IMG/VR virus record: IMGVR_UViG_3300045988_084761
Direction: 5' to 3' (one strand)
DNA from: a virus
Length of the DNA stretch: 64,000 nucleotides
Both the position numbers and the translations under genes were made by a program. The notes beneath the pieces were generated by a model. It was given only the letters and a program-made list of their open reading frames with translations. It did no database searches and was not told the DNA's origin. Positions 33,336 through 42,993 of this stretch are shown here, piece by piece; position 1 is the stretch's first letter; every line of letters starts with the position of its first letter.

Positions 33336-33647
33336 ATGGTTATTACTAAACATAGTAAGCAGAGAATTGTTGAAAGAACCAATGGGGTGTCTACTTTTGC
33401 AGAAGCAAAAAGATTGGCTAAGCAAGCTAGGATTTCTGGTAAAACGCTTAATCATTTCCAAAAGTATCCTAAATTCTTTTCTTATCTTCAAAATAAAAAG
33501 AATCAAACCAATGATTGTTCCATCAGGGTTTATAGGGGCTGCATTTATATTTGGAGAGGAAGAAACAAGGCTCTCGTAACTGCTCATCCTATACCCGAAA
33601 GATACATCAAAGAAATGGAGGAGATTGATAATGGCGTGGATAATTAA
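33336..33647 (+). CDS. hypothetical protein (103 aa)
   Basis: ATG after the leader motif. Confidence 0.45.
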   Translation: MVITKHSKQRIVERTNGVSTFAEAKRLAKQARISGKTLNHFQKYPKFFSYLQNKKNQTNDCSIRVYRGCIYIWRGRNKALVTAHPIPERYIKEMEEIDNGVDN

Positions 33648-33819
33648 GGATAATAGAGTAAAACATGAAATTAAATGTAACTCCTGTGACAGCATTATTG
33701 GATTTACTAAAGAAGATATAAAAGAGGATATTTTAGAGGTATTCGGAGAATATATCTTTTATGCGAGAGTAAAATGTCCTGCCTGTGGAAACTATATTGT
33801 CGTAGAGGCTAAATACTAA
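33631..33819 (+). CDS. zinc-ribbon protein (62 aa; CNSCDS...CPACGNY)
   Basis: ATG 7 nt after GGAG. Two CxxC pairs. Confidence 0.45.
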   Translation: MAWIIKDNRVKHEIKCNSCDSIIGFTKEDIKEDILEVFGEYIFYARVKCPACGNYIVVEAKY

Positions 33820-33836
33820 AGAAAGAAGGTGTAATA

Positions 33837-34157
33837 ATGAAGCTGTGGATCGATGACCTGCGGCCGGCGCCCTTTGGATACCGCATTGCTAGAAGCGTAA
33901 ATGAGGCTATCGAGATAATTGAGACATATGAGATTATGCACCGAATGAGCGGTGGAAAGAAAATCTATGAAATTGAATTGATAGATATTGACCATGATGC
34001 CGGAGATTTCTTTCAAGATGGCGGAGATTATATCAAAATTCTTGATTGGATGGAAGTTACTAATAGAAACTACCCTATTCATATCCATAGTATGAATCCT
34101 GTTGGAATAGAAAATATGTGTCGTATTATTCAAAGAAATGGATGGAGAGAAGTATGA
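33837..34157 (+). CDS. hypothetical protein (106 aa)
   Basis: RBS gaaggtg. ORF. Confidence 0.5.
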   Translation: MKLWIDDLRPAPFGYRIARSVNEAIEIIETYEIMHRMSGGKKIYEIELIDIDHDAGDFFQDGGDYIKILDWMEVTNRNYPIHIHSMNPVGIENMCRIIQRNGWREV

Positions 34158-34570
34158 GAGCATTTCTTATCGTTTCCCTTATTGTCCTTTTTTCTGGATT
34201 CATTATTTTCCTCATTTCGTACAATATAGCTTTTAACAATAACGGAGAAACAAAACTTAATTTATCAACCTTTAGAAAAATATATAAAATAAATCCCCGG
34301 AAATGGTCGGTAAAAGAAAAATGGGAGGATAGCATTAAACATTTGTATTACAGCGGTCATAAAGTTAAATTAAGCTTCTTGGCTTTTTGTTATTTTCGAT
34401 GGGATAGAATTTTCTCCAGATTTACCGAAAACAGAAAAGACCAAAGAGATACTTTAATTTGGGTACTGCAAGATTGTCAAAGGGACATTGAGATATTAAA
34501 AGAAAAATCAGAACGCCAAATCCAAGACGCATTGGAGCAGCAAAGAAAAATTTTTGAGAGATGGGAGTGA
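34154..34570 (+). CDS. membrane protein (138 aa; one TM helix)
   Basis: ATG after GGAGAG. Start overlaps the upstream stop. Confidence 0.45.
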   Translation: MRAFLIVSLIVLFSGFIIFLISYNIAFNNNGETKLNLSTFRKIYKINPRKWSVKEKWEDSIKHLYYSGHKVKLSFLAFCYFRWDRIFSRFTENRKDQRDTLIWVLQDCQRDIEILKEKSERQIQDALEQQRKIFERWE

Positions 34571-34574
34571 TTAA

Positions 34575-35372
34575 ATGACAATTTTTGAACGAGTAAGAGA
34601 GCATTATGATGAAGCTCTTACCCATTTCACAGAAGACCAAGTTGTGGGAATCTTTCTTCAAGGTTCTCAAAACTATGGACTCGATACTCCGCAATCGGAT
34701 GTAGATACAAAGCTAATTGTAGTTCCTAGCTTTAAAGACATTGCTATGAACCGCAAGCCAGTTAGCACAACTCATATTCGAGCAAACGATGAACATACTG
34801 ACTGGAAAGATATTCGCCTCTACATTCAGACATTCCGCAAACAAAACTTAAACTTCCTCGAAATTCTTTACACAGACTTTGCTATTGTTAATCCCATCTA
34901 TGAAAAACAGTGGAATCGTTTAATTCAAGCAAGAGAAAGGATTACTCATTTTAATCCTTATCGTTCTGTTCAAAGTATGAAGGGTATTGCGCTAGAAAAA
35001 TATCACGCTATGGAGCATGAATACCCAAGTAAAGTTGAAGTTTTAAAGAAGTATGGTTACGATCCTAAACAACTCCATCATCTTGTTAGAGTAGAAGATT
35101 ATCTTGGAAGATATATCGCAGGAGAAAGTTATGAGAGTTGTTTAAACCCAGGCCCATTCAAACAAGAGCTAATAGAAATTAAGATGGGCAAATATTCTCT
35201 CGCGGAAGCTAGGATTGTGGCAGATAAATCTAAGGCTCATGTGGAAGAAATGGCAGAGTATGCGTATTCTATCTATCCAAATAAAGAAGACGCGGAAGTC
35301 AATGCTCTTCTTGATGATGTGCAATATGAGATTATGAAATTAGCGGTTGAAAGGGAGTTGAATAAAAGATGA
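34575..35372 (+). CDS. nucleotidyltransferase (Pol-beta superfamily; GS...SDVD motif)
   Basis: GSQNYGLDTPQSDVDTKLIV is the minimal NTase motif. 265 aa. Confidence 0.6.
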   Translation: MTIFERVREHYDEALTHFTEDQVVGIFLQGSQNYGLDTPQSDVDTKLIVVPSFKDIAMNRKPVSTTHIRANDEHTDWKDIRLYIQTFRKQNLNFLEILYTDFAIVNPIYEKQWNRLIQARERITHFNPYRSVQSMKGIALEKYHAMEHEYPSKVEVLKKYGYDPKQLHHLVRVEDYLGRYIAGESYESCLNPGPFKQELIEIKMGKYSLAEARIVADKSKAHVEEMAEYAYSIYPNKEDAEVNALLDDVQYEIMKLAVERELNKR

Positions 35373-36238
35373 TTAAGAATTGGCTCGTGACTGGAGATAC
35401 ACATGGGCGAGTTATGGAGCGCCTTTCGCAGATAGATAGCGATAAGTATATTCCTGACGAAACGGCTATCATTATTCTCGGTGATGCCGGAATCAATTAC
35501 TTCTTGAATAAGACCGATGTAAAAAACAAGAAGTCTATTCAGGTAAGTGGCTACACTATTTATTGCGTCAGAGGAAACCATGAAATGCGGCCGGAGCGTC
35601 TTCCCGCAATTAACTGTGCCTTTGACTTTGAAGTTCAAGGTATAGTGCGCTATGAAGAGGATTATCCTCATATTAAATATCTTGTCAATAATCAAATCTA
35701 CAAATTTGGTGATTACTCTGCTCTTGTTATTGAAGGAGCCTATTCAGTAGATAAATATTATCGCCTTGCTGGAACTGGATTAACTGGGGAAGAGGATTAT
35801 GAATTAGTCGCCAAGAAAGCTGGATGGTTTAAGGACGAACAGTTATCCGCGGAAGAAATGAATTTTGCAACATTGGTAATCAAAAATAAGCAAGTTGATT
35901 TTGTTCTTAGCCATACTTGTCCGCTCTCTTGGCAACCAGTAGATCTTTTCTTATCTGCCGTAAACCAGTCAACAGTAGATAATACGATGGAAAAATGGTT
36001 AGACTCTTTAAAGAATGAGTTTCAGTGGAAAATTTGGTTGTTCGGCCATTTCCATAAAGATAGAATTGAACGACCCCACGTAGAGCAGTTTTTCCAAGAT
36101 ATTCAGCCTATTGATTCTATCTATAATAGATGGTATGGAGAAAAAACTATTCACAAAGAATGGTACTTAGAAAAGTCGCCTAATTACTATTTAAAGGGTG
36201 ATACGCCTTTCGATGAAGATTTAAAGGAGGAGCTTTAA
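35369..36238 (+). CDS. calcineurin-like metallophosphoesterase (289 aa)
   Basis: GDTHG, GDAG and GNHE motifs. Confidence 0.65.
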   Translation: MIKNWLVTGDTHGRVMERLSQIDSDKYIPDETAIIILGDAGINYFLNKTDVKNKKSIQVSGYTIYCVRGNHEMRPERLPAINCAFDFEVQGIVRYEEDYPHIKYLVNNQIYKFGDYSALVIEGAYSVDKYYRLAGTGLTGEEDYELVAKKAGWFKDEQLSAEEMNFATLVIKNKQVDFVLSHTCPLSWQPVDLFLSAVNQSTVDNTMEKWLDSLKNEFQWKIWLFGHFHKDRIERPHVEQFFQDIQPIDSIYNRWYGEKTIHKEWYLEKSPNYYLKGDTPFDEDLKEEL

Positions 36239-36263
36239 GCCCTCCTTTATTTTTTTATTTTTT

Positions 36264-36308
36264 TATGATATAATATATATAGAAAGTTAAGGAAAGGAAG
36301 TAATTTAT
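36264..36308 (+). promoter_or_regulatory. conserved promoter/leader motif copy (closest to consensus)
   Basis: tgatataatatatatagaaagttaaggaaaggaag. Confidence 0.6.
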
Positions 36309-36479
36309 ATGATGCCTTATGTATGCGAAGGAACAATCGTAAAGACTCTTAATGGTCGAGAGGGCAAGGTAGTTGGTGTTGATCGAAAGAATAGGATCGC
36401 AGTTATCTACAATGGAAAAACTTCCTATACCGAGAAACTTGAAAATATCAGAGTTGTTTCTTATAAGGAGGTAGAGTGA
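36309..36479 (+). CDS. small protein (56 aa), KOW-like
   Basis: ATG after the leader motif. Not in the track because it is under 60 aa. Confidence 0.35.
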   Translation: MMPYVCEGTIVKTLNGREGKVVGVDRKNRIAVIYNGKTSYTEKLENIRVVSYKEVE

Positions 36480-36760
36480 ATATGCCTGGTCGTAGAACTT
36501 CTAAGTTTACGAAGGATCAAAACGCCCTTCTTCAGGGAGAGGTTATGATCATTCTTGCGGAAAGTGAAGAGGCATTAACTATTGAAGAAATTCAAGCAAG
36601 ATCAATTACTCTTACAGGACTTTCTACTCAAAAGATTGCAAGACTACTCGGCCATTTGATTGAAATGGGAAACGTAACAAAAGCAAAGAGTAAGAGTCTT
36701 GGTAAGATGGTATATAAATCATTGGCCGTGATGAGGAGGCAGGGATATGATGTTTATTGA
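36476..36760 (+). CDS. putative winged-helix DNA-binding protein (94 aa)
   Basis: RBS aaggagg. Start overlaps the upstream stop. Confidence 0.45.
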   Translation: MNMPGRRTSKFTKDQNALLQGEVMIILAESEEALTIEEIQARSITLTGLSTQKIARLLGHLIEMGNVTKAKSKSLGKMVYKSLAVMRRQGYDVY

Positions 36761-37000
36761 GGACACCTTTGATGTTATCTTCACTATTTATCTAGGTAAT
36801 TAGGTTATTGAGTAGTGGAGAATGCAAGCTCCTAGACCTTTTATTGAAGCTCAATTCATTTAGATAGTTCAGCAAATTGCTTCTTAGAAGTAGCCTATGA
36901 AAGTAGTAGTATCAAGAGAAGAAGTGATTTGGGACTAGTTTGAGCAAAAACATAAAGTTCTTCCAATAACTATGGAATTTCAAAACTATAAGGAGTAAAG

Positions 37001-37339
37001 ATGGAATTATACAACTTATATGCAGGCTTGAGCGGTGGATTTGGTGGTTACCAATATCATTGTACTGAGGAGTATAATTCTAAAGATGAAGCTCTGGAAG
37101 CCGCGAGGCAACTTGCTATTGAAGAATATCAATCTTATGAAGGTTGTCATGGGCTAACTTCTGAAGAAGATATTCTTGAGCAATATTTGAAAGACAATGG
37201 GTTATCACATGATGAACTAACTGAATCTGACTATGAAGAAATCTGGGATATGTATATGGAAGAAGTTGAAGGTTGGTTGTCCTATTTAGCAACTACCATA
37301 GAAGAAGATCCTGATCATGATAGATATTATGAATGGTAA
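37001..37339 (+). CDS. acidic hypothetical protein (112 aa)
   Basis: RBS aaggag. Confidence 0.5.
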   Translation: MELYNLYAGLSGGFGGYQYHCTEEYNSKDEALEAARQLAIEEYQSYEGCHGLTSEEDILEQYLKDNGLSHDELTESDYEEIWDMYMEEVEGWLSYLATTIEEDPDHDRYYEW

Positions 37340-37356
37340 GAAAGGAGTACGATAAC

Positions 37357-37620
37357 ATGGGTGGTTATTACGGAGATATGGATACTTTTATGATAGATGA
37401 AGGTATCCTGAATAAACTGGTCACATTCGGTTCATATGATGGCTTGCTCTTGGCAGGAACAATCAAGTATGTTATCAAAATGGATAGTGATTTCCTTATT
37501 GGAATTATCCCTGATCGAACTCCAGAAGATGTAGATGCTAAGCAAAAGGAAGATACAGGTATAGCTTTTGTACCTCTTTCTCGACTAATTAATTCAGATA
37601 TATTTAAGATTTTTATGTAA
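37357..37620 (+). CDS. hypothetical protein (87 aa)
   Basis: ATG 9 nt after AAAGGAG. The track ORF begins at 37333. Confidence 0.45.
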   Translation: MGGYYGDMDTFMIDEGILNKLVTFGSYDGLLLAGTIKYVIKMDSDFLIGIIPDRTPEDVDAKQKEDTGIAFVPLSRLINSDIFKIFM

Positions 37621-37636
37621 TGAGGAGGCATGAAAG

Positions 37637-38911
37637 ATGGCTTATTTTGGTCTGGTGACTAAGATTCAGAACGTGCGGAAAGATCCGAATTCCGATCGGC
37701 TATATCTGGCGGATTGTTTTAGTGAGGGCGTAATCGTAGGCCCTGACCTGAAGACCGGAGATCTGGTGCTCTATCTGCCCACCGATGGAGAAATTGAGCG
37801 TTGGTTTGGCAATGAGTTTTGCCTTTTCCGCAAGAATGAGGATGGATCTGTTCAGGGCGGATACCTTGAAAATAACGGTCATGTGCGGGCTATTAAACTC
37901 CGTGGCAACCAGTCTTCTGGTATTGTCATTGCTCTTGATCGAGTCTATGAAAAGTTTGGTGACCAGCATTGGAGTGACGGAGATAAAGTAACTACTATCA
38001 ATGACAAGGAGTTTTGCCGTAAGTATATTCCTAAGCGAAAGAGCAATTCTACTTATGGAGTAAAAACTTCTTACAAAGGACGCAAAGCTGAGGGGATTAC
38101 TTATCCTGAGTTCTCTATGCACACTGATACTGAGCAGCTTGCATATAACTTTGATAAGTTCCGTGAAGGCGATAGACTGAACATGACCCTCAAAATGCAT
38201 GGCACCTCTCAGCGTTCTATGAATACTTATGCAGAGCTTCCTAATGGTTTCTTCCGTCGCCTTTTCCATATGAAGAAGCGTACTAAGCAGGCTTATGTTC
38301 TTGGAACTCGCCGTTGCGTAGTAACTGAAAACTCTCAGGGATACTATGGAAACGATCAGTTCCGTATGCCTCACCATGAAGCTCTAAAGCCTCACCTTGA
38401 GCCAGGTATGGAAGTTTTTTACGAAGTAGTAGGCTACTATGGGCCCAATGAAGAGAATACTATTATGCCTATTGGTGATAATACTAAGGTCAATGACAAG
38501 GCTTTTGTAAAGCAGTTTGGTAAACGGTCTATTTTCTCTTATGGCTGTGAACCCGGTCAGAGCAAAATGTATATCTATCGCATTACCTCTGAAAACGGAG
38601 AGAGAGAGTGGACTCCTGACGAAATCACTGCCTGGTGCGATTGGCATGGTTTTAATCGCGTTCCTGTAATTGAAAACTTTACATTTACTACTGTTGAGGA
38701 TCTTCAGGAGCGCATCAATAAATACTTCGAGGATCTTGCGGATCCGATCGGCCGCACCCATGTTAAGGAAGGAGTAGTTATCCGAATTGTAAATCGGCGT
38801 ACCTTTACCGCTTTCAAGTCTAAAACCTATGAGTTTAAGGTAATTGAGGGCATCATCAAAGAAACTGAAACTGCTCCAGATATGGAAGAGATGCAGGAGG
38901 AAAATGTGTAA
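37637..38911 (+). CDS. ATP-dependent RNA (or DNA) ligase, Rnl2-like nucleotidyltransferase (424 aa)
   Basis: Motif I K-M-H-G-T-S (LKMHGTSQRS), motif III MEVFYEVVGY, motif IV KEGVVIRIV, motif V FKSKTYEFK. RBS gaggagg. Confidence 0.55.
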   Translation: MAYFGLVTKIQNVRKDPNSDRLYLADCFSEGVIVGPDLKTGDLVLYLPTDGEIERWFGNEFCLFRKNEDGSVQGGYLENNGHVRAIKLRGNQSSGIVIALDRVYEKFGDQHWSDGDKVTTINDKEFCRKYIPKRKSNSTYGVKTSYKGRKAEGITYPEFSMHTDTEQLAYNFDKFREGDRLNMTLKMHGTSQRSMNTYAELPNGFFRRLFHMKKRTKQAYVLGTRRCVVTENSQGYYGNDQFRMPHHEALKPHLEPGMEVFYEVVGYYGPNEENTIMPIGDNTKVNDKAFVKQFGKRSIFSYGCEPGQSKMYIYRITSENGEREWTPDEITAWCDWHGFNRVPVIENFTFTTVEDLQERINKYFEDLADPIGRTHVKEGVVIRIVNRRTFTAFKSKTYEFKVIEGIIKETETAPDMEEMQEENV

Positions 38912-39066
38912 TGCTAGGCATAATTTTAGGAGGAATTATTCTTTTTGTTGGAGAAACCGCAGGAGAATATTTTATAAAACCTCATCATGAGGTAGACTTT
39001 TGGGCAGGGTTTTGGATTGGTGCCATTTCTTGTCTAGGAAGTATGGTCGCTAATCTAATTTTCTAA
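38911..39066 (+). CDS. small membrane protein (51 aa)
   Basis: ATG overlaps the ligase stop. Hydrophobic. Terminator follows. Confidence 0.3.
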   Translation: MLGIILGGIILFVGETAGEYFIKPHHEVDFWAGFWIGAISCLGSMVANLIF

Positions 39067-39068
39067 AA

Positions 39069-39103
39069 TTAAAGGAGAATAAAATTCTCCTTTAATTTTT
39101 TAA
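39069..39103 (+). terminator. Rho-independent terminator
   Basis: ttaaaggagaat-aaa-attctcctttaa followed by a T-run. Confidence 0.75.
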
Positions 39104-39107
39104 TAAA

Positions 39108-39149
39108 ATATGATATAATATTTATATAAAGGAAAAGGAGTATAACAAA
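39108..39149 (+). promoter_or_regulatory. conserved promoter/leader motif copy
   Basis: tgatataatatttatataaaggaaaaggag. Confidence 0.55.
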
Positions 39150-39689
39150 ATGTATAGAAAGATACTTATAATTGTTGATGCTCAAAATGATTTCATCACT
39201 AGGGCGCTAGGTACAAAGGAGGCGGATGCCGCAGTTCCTAATATTGTTGATCTAATTAAACGATTCTGTTGGGAAGAAATTATTTGTACCATGGATACCC
39301 ATGATGACGATTACTTCGATACTTTGGAAGGAAAGAAACTTCCTGTTAAACATTGTATTAAGGCAAGCGTGGGCTGGTGTATGGATTCCAGAGTCGTGAT
39401 TGCGTTGAATAACAAGTTTAATTATTATGAAAAAGACACCTTTGGCAGTACCGATATGGTTAATGAGGTATATGATTCTCTAAAGATGAAGAATCCAGAG
39501 GAAGTAGAAATTCATATCTGCGGATTTTGTACCGATATCTGCGTTATGGCTAACGCGGTTATGCTTCGTGCAGCGTTGCCAAATACTAGAATTATCGTTC
39601 ATTCTAGTGCGTGCGCAGGAGTAACTCCAGAATCGCATGAGGCAGCGCTAACTATTTTCAAAGCTCAACAGATTGATGTGGAGGATTAA
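39150..39689 (+). CDS. isochorismatase-family cysteine hydrolase (nicotinamidase PncA-like)
   Basis: ILIIVDAQNDF N-terminus and a catalytic Cys region typical of nicotinamidase/isochorismatase. Confidence 0.6.
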   Translation: MYRKILIIVDAQNDFITRALGTKEADAAVPNIVDLIKRFCWEEIICTMDTHDDDYFDTLEGKKLPVKHCIKASVGWCMDSRVVIALNNKFNYYEKDTFGSTDMVNEVYDSLKMKNPEEVEIHICGFCTDICVMANAVMLRAALPNTRIIVHSSACAGVTPESHEAALTIFKAQQIDVED

Positions 39690-39692
39690 GAA

Positions 39693-40505
39693 ATGATTAG
39701 TCTGATTAACACGCGCAGTCATTGGACAGATGTAATTGAGCAAAATCATTTTCCCGATGGAACGCTGCATATTAATATGCCGCCCAATTATTTTGATTAC
39801 GATACCGTTCTTTGGGAGTATGAGAACGATGCAGAACTGTTCACTCTAATTTGCGTAAAGGGACACTTTAAAGATTGTCCCTTGAGGCTCGATATGCCAT
39901 ATATTCCTCATGCAAGAATGGATAGAGTGCAAGAACTTGAAGATGTGTTTACCCTTAAATATTTCTGTCAAGTAATCAATGGTCTTCACTTCGATAAAGT
40001 CATTGTAAGAGATGCTCATTCTAATGTAGCATTAGCTCTGCTCGATAGGGTAATTGATCTTACTCCTATTGGAGAAATCAAAGAGGCTATCAAACTTTTT
40101 GAGCATTATGAAAAAGAAACTCCCGTTCTATTTTTCCCGGACGAGGGAGCTATGAAGAGATATTCCACTCCAGCAATTAATCTTCCATACGCCTTTGGAA
40201 TTAAAAAGAGGGATTGGTCTACTGGAAAAATTCTTGGTCTACAACTAATGAATGGTGAGTTGGTTAAAGATAAGGGTGTTCTAATTGTAGACGATATTTG
40301 CTCTCGGGGAGGAACTTTCTATCACGCGGCAAACGCTCTAAAAGAAGCAGGAGCAAAAAATATTTATCTTTACGTCACTCATGCAGAACATACTATGGTT
40401 GAAGGTGATATGTATAATCAGGATATTGTAAAGAAAATCTTTACCACTGATAGCATCTTTAAGCCTGAGTGGGATACTAGAGGAAAGGTAGAAATTGTTC
40501 GATGA
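39693..40505 (+). CDS. ribose-phosphate pyrophosphokinase-like (Prs / ADP-ribose pyrophosphokinase Adps-like)
   Basis: PRTase-type nucleotide-binding loop VLIVDDICSRGGT. 270 aa. Confidence 0.6.
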   Translation: MISLINTRSHWTDVIEQNHFPDGTLHINMPPNYFDYDTVLWEYENDAELFTLICVKGHFKDCPLRLDMPYIPHARMDRVQELEDVFTLKYFCQVINGLHFDKVIVRDAHSNVALALLDRVIDLTPIGEIKEAIKLFEHYEKETPVLFFPDEGAMKRYSTPAINLPYAFGIKKRDWSTGKILGLQLMNGELVKDKGVLIVDDICSRGGTFYHAANALKEAGAKNIYLYVTHAEHTMVEGDMYNQDIVKKIFTTDSIFKPEWDTRGKVEIVR

Positions 40506-40693
40506 CTATTGAAAAGCTTCAAGCACTAAAAATTGCAGCTCTTAAAAATGGAGACGTAAATACAAAGAGAGTGCTTTCTGACATGATTGATTCGTGTCAG
40601 AAAGCAACAATTACTCCGAAGGGAAGAGTGGAACTAACAGAGCAGTTAATTGATGAAACTCTTATTAAGTATCAAAAACTGTGCAAGAAATGA
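40502..40693 (+). CDS. hypothetical protein (63 aa)
   Basis: Overlapping start/stop coupling. Confidence 0.4.
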   Translation: MTIEKLQALKIAALKNGDVNTKRVLSDMIDSCQKATITPKGRVELTEQLIDETLIKYQKLCKK

Positions 40694-40950
40694 TTGATAC
40701 CTGCCCCGCTAACTATTCTGAGAAGTTGCATCAATATCAAGAGGATATGAAAATCGTAAAAATGTGTGCTCCACAGCTGCTTACAGATAAAACAGAGATT
40801 GAAACAAGAGTAAGAGAAATCGCAGCTGCCGCAGGTATAGATCTCCTTAAAGCAAACCGAGGTGCGATTATGAAGTATGTTTCTGCGGCACTCAAAGGTA
40901 AAGCTGATATGAAAATTGTAAGCACTGTTGTTGGGGAGATTCTAAAATGA
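40681..40950 (+). CDS. hypothetical protein (89 aa)
   Basis: Coupled ORF. Confidence 0.4.
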   Translation: MQEMIDTCPANYSEKLHQYQEDMKIVKMCAPQLLTDKTEIETRVREIAAAAGIDLLKANRGAIMKYVSAALKGKADMKIVSTVVGEILK

Positions 40951-41315
40951 GTTTGACTTTAGAGCAGACGTTGGCTTCTATTTTACAGTCTCTTGCTAAC
41001 TTTTTTGGAGTAACCACTCAAACTATTATGGAAAATGCTCCAATGTGGTTGGCTAAATATGGCTGGTACGTAACCGTTAAAGATTTAGGATTTAACATTT
41101 TTGTTGGGGTTTTTATAGGTGCTATTATTTCTAGTATTATATGGTTTATACTATATCTAATGATTGAAGTCGATTTTAAAAAATGGCACCTGCACATTCT
41201 TACATTCGTGCCCATACTTTCAGTCATTATTACAGTTTGTGTTCCAATTATTACTTGCATTATTGCGCCAGAATACGTAGGAATTGAAGCATTATTCAGC
41301 TTGCTTCAAAATTGA
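40947..41315 (+). CDS. membrane protein (122 aa; 3 TM helices)
   Basis: Coupled ORF. Hydrophobic segments. Terminator follows. Confidence 0.5.
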   Translation: MSLTLEQTLASILQSLANFFGVTTQTIMENAPMWLAKYGWYVTVKDLGFNIFVGVFIGAIISSIIWFILYLMIEVDFKKWHLHILTFVPILSVIITVCVPIITCIIAPEYVGIEALFSLLQN

Positions 41316-41317
41316 TA

Positions 41318-41350
41318 AAAAGCTCTCTTATGAGAGCTTTTTATTTTTAT
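41318..41350 (+). terminator. Rho-independent terminator
   Basis: aaaagctctc-ttat-gagagctttt followed by a T-run. Confidence 0.75.
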
Positions 41351-41354
41351 AAAA

Positions 41355-41398
41355 ATATATGTTATAATATAATAAAGAAATAAGGAAAGGAAGATTTT
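41355..41398 (+). promoter_or_regulatory. conserved promoter/leader motif copy
   Basis: tgttataatataataaagaaataaggaaaggaag. Confidence 0.55.
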
Positions 41399-42988
41399 AT
41401 GAGTTTCTTTGATGTAGCACCTATGTTTGCGGCAGACTATTATAAGATTGGTCATGCGGTTAAAATGCAGCCTGCCGACGCAAAGATGGTGTATTCTACT
41501 TGGACTGCTCGCAGCAATAAATATCATAAAGACTGCGCCAAAACTATGGTGTTTGGCCATCAATATACCATCCAGCGACTGCTTAATTACTGGCAGGCAG
41601 AATTTTTTAATCAGCCCATTGATCTGCTTGAAAGCGAGTGGAACAGGGTAATCAAGGATACTTTCCATCCTGGCTATGCAGATTTCAGCAAGTTTAGGAA
41701 ACTTTATGAGCTTGGCTATCTTCCCATTTCAATTATGGGAGTTCCCGAAGGTACACTTCTTCCTATCGGTATTCCAGATCATGTTATCTTTTCTACTGAT
41801 CCTGAATTTGCATGGCTTCCGCAGTTTATTGAAGATCAGTGGAGTGCAAATAACTGGCTTCCTTCTACTTCTGCCACGACAGCCTTCTATCGACGTAAGC
41901 TAATCGAGCCTTATGTTAAGATGACCTGTGACGATATGTCTGCTCTCCCTCATATGTGCGGTGACTTCTCTCTCCGCGGTCACACTTCACTTGAAGCGGG
42001 CTATATCTCTGGCGCCGCGCACGCTTTGTCTTTTGATAGGACTGCGACCATTGGTTCTAATCTTCTTTTGGAGAAATATTATGGAGCAGATTTAGAGAAT
42101 AATCCTCCTCTAATGGGAACTCCATCTCTGGAGCACTCTGTTGTTGAACAGGGTGTAGCATGGAAAAGAGCGCAGATGTTCAATGGTGAGCTAGAAGCCG
42201 AGGAGCAAGCTCTACTCAATACTTGCCTCTCTGAAAATTGGGAAGTTAATCTTATTGCTGAGATGCTCTTCCTGCGCCATCTTCTTATCAATATTCAGCC
42301 TACTGGGACAATGACTTATGTAGCAGATACATATGATTATTGGGGTGTAGTATCTAAAATTGTTCCTGCATTGAGAGACATTATCGAGCAGCGGGATGGA
42401 TGCCTTTCCATCCGCCCCGATAGCGGAGATCCAGTAAAAATCATTTGCGGGGACACAAGTTTTGCTGTTGATCCTGACTCCCCGGAGGGTAAAGGAACTC
42501 TTGTCAGTCTCTTTGATACTTTTGGCGGCAACCTTAATAGAAAGGGTTATTTTGAGCTTCCCTCTTGTATTCGTGTTATTTATGGCGATGCGATCACTCC
42601 CGAGATCACTGAAAAAATATGTAATTGGTGTGTCAATAATTCTATTTCAGTATCAAATATCTGTTTTGGAATTGGCGCATATACTTATCAATATGTAACT
42701 CGTGACACTAGAGGCTATGCAATTAAGGCTACCGATTGTATTCTTGGAGAAGATGAAATCCAAATCTACAAGATGCCAAAAACCGATCCTGGGAAAAAAT
42801 CTCCTCGTGGATGCGTAGCGGTTGTTAAAGACTCAGAGGGCCAATATAGGCTTGTTGAAAATCTTACTCTTAAAGAAGCCATCGAATATAAGGATAATGT
42901 AATGAAATTCAAAGTAAAAGATGGTGTTTTTGTACGCGAAAACGAGGAAGATTTTTATACAATTAAGAATCGACTGATGGGAGAGTAA
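41399..42988 (+). CDS. nadV: nicotinamide phosphoribosyltransferase family (NadV/NAMPT, or nicotinamide-ADPR transferase Namat-like)
   Basis: 529 aa. N-terminal FDVAPMFAADYYKIGH...VFGHQYTIQ is typical of the NAMPT family. Confidence 0.7.
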   Translation: MSFFDVAPMFAADYYKIGHAVKMQPADAKMVYSTWTARSNKYHKDCAKTMVFGHQYTIQRLLNYWQAEFFNQPIDLLESEWNRVIKDTFHPGYADFSKFRKLYELGYLPISIMGVPEGTLLPIGIPDHVIFSTDPEFAWLPQFIEDQWSANNWLPSTSATTAFYRRKLIEPYVKMTCDDMSALPHMCGDFSLRGHTSLEAGYISGAAHALSFDRTATIGSNLLLEKYYGADLENNPPLMGTPSLEHSVVEQGVAWKRAQMFNGELEAEEQALLNTCLSENWEVNLIAEMLFLRHLLINIQPTGTMTYVADTYDYWGVVSKIVPALRDIIEQRDGCLSIRPDSGDPVKIICGDTSFAVDPDSPEGKGTLVSLFDTFGGNLNRKGYFELPSCIRVIYGDAITPEITEKICNWCVNNSISVSNICFGIGAYTYQYVTRDTRGYAIKATDCILGEDEIQIYKMPKTDPGKKSPRGCVAVVKDSEGQYRLVENLTLKEAIEYKDNVMKFKVKDGVFVRENEEDFYTIKNRLMGE

Positions 42989-42993
42989 ATCTT

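Noticed and set aside
37700-38377. 225-aa minus-strand ORF inside the RNA ligase gene
   Set aside because: Antisense shadow of a gene with ligase motifs. No RBS.
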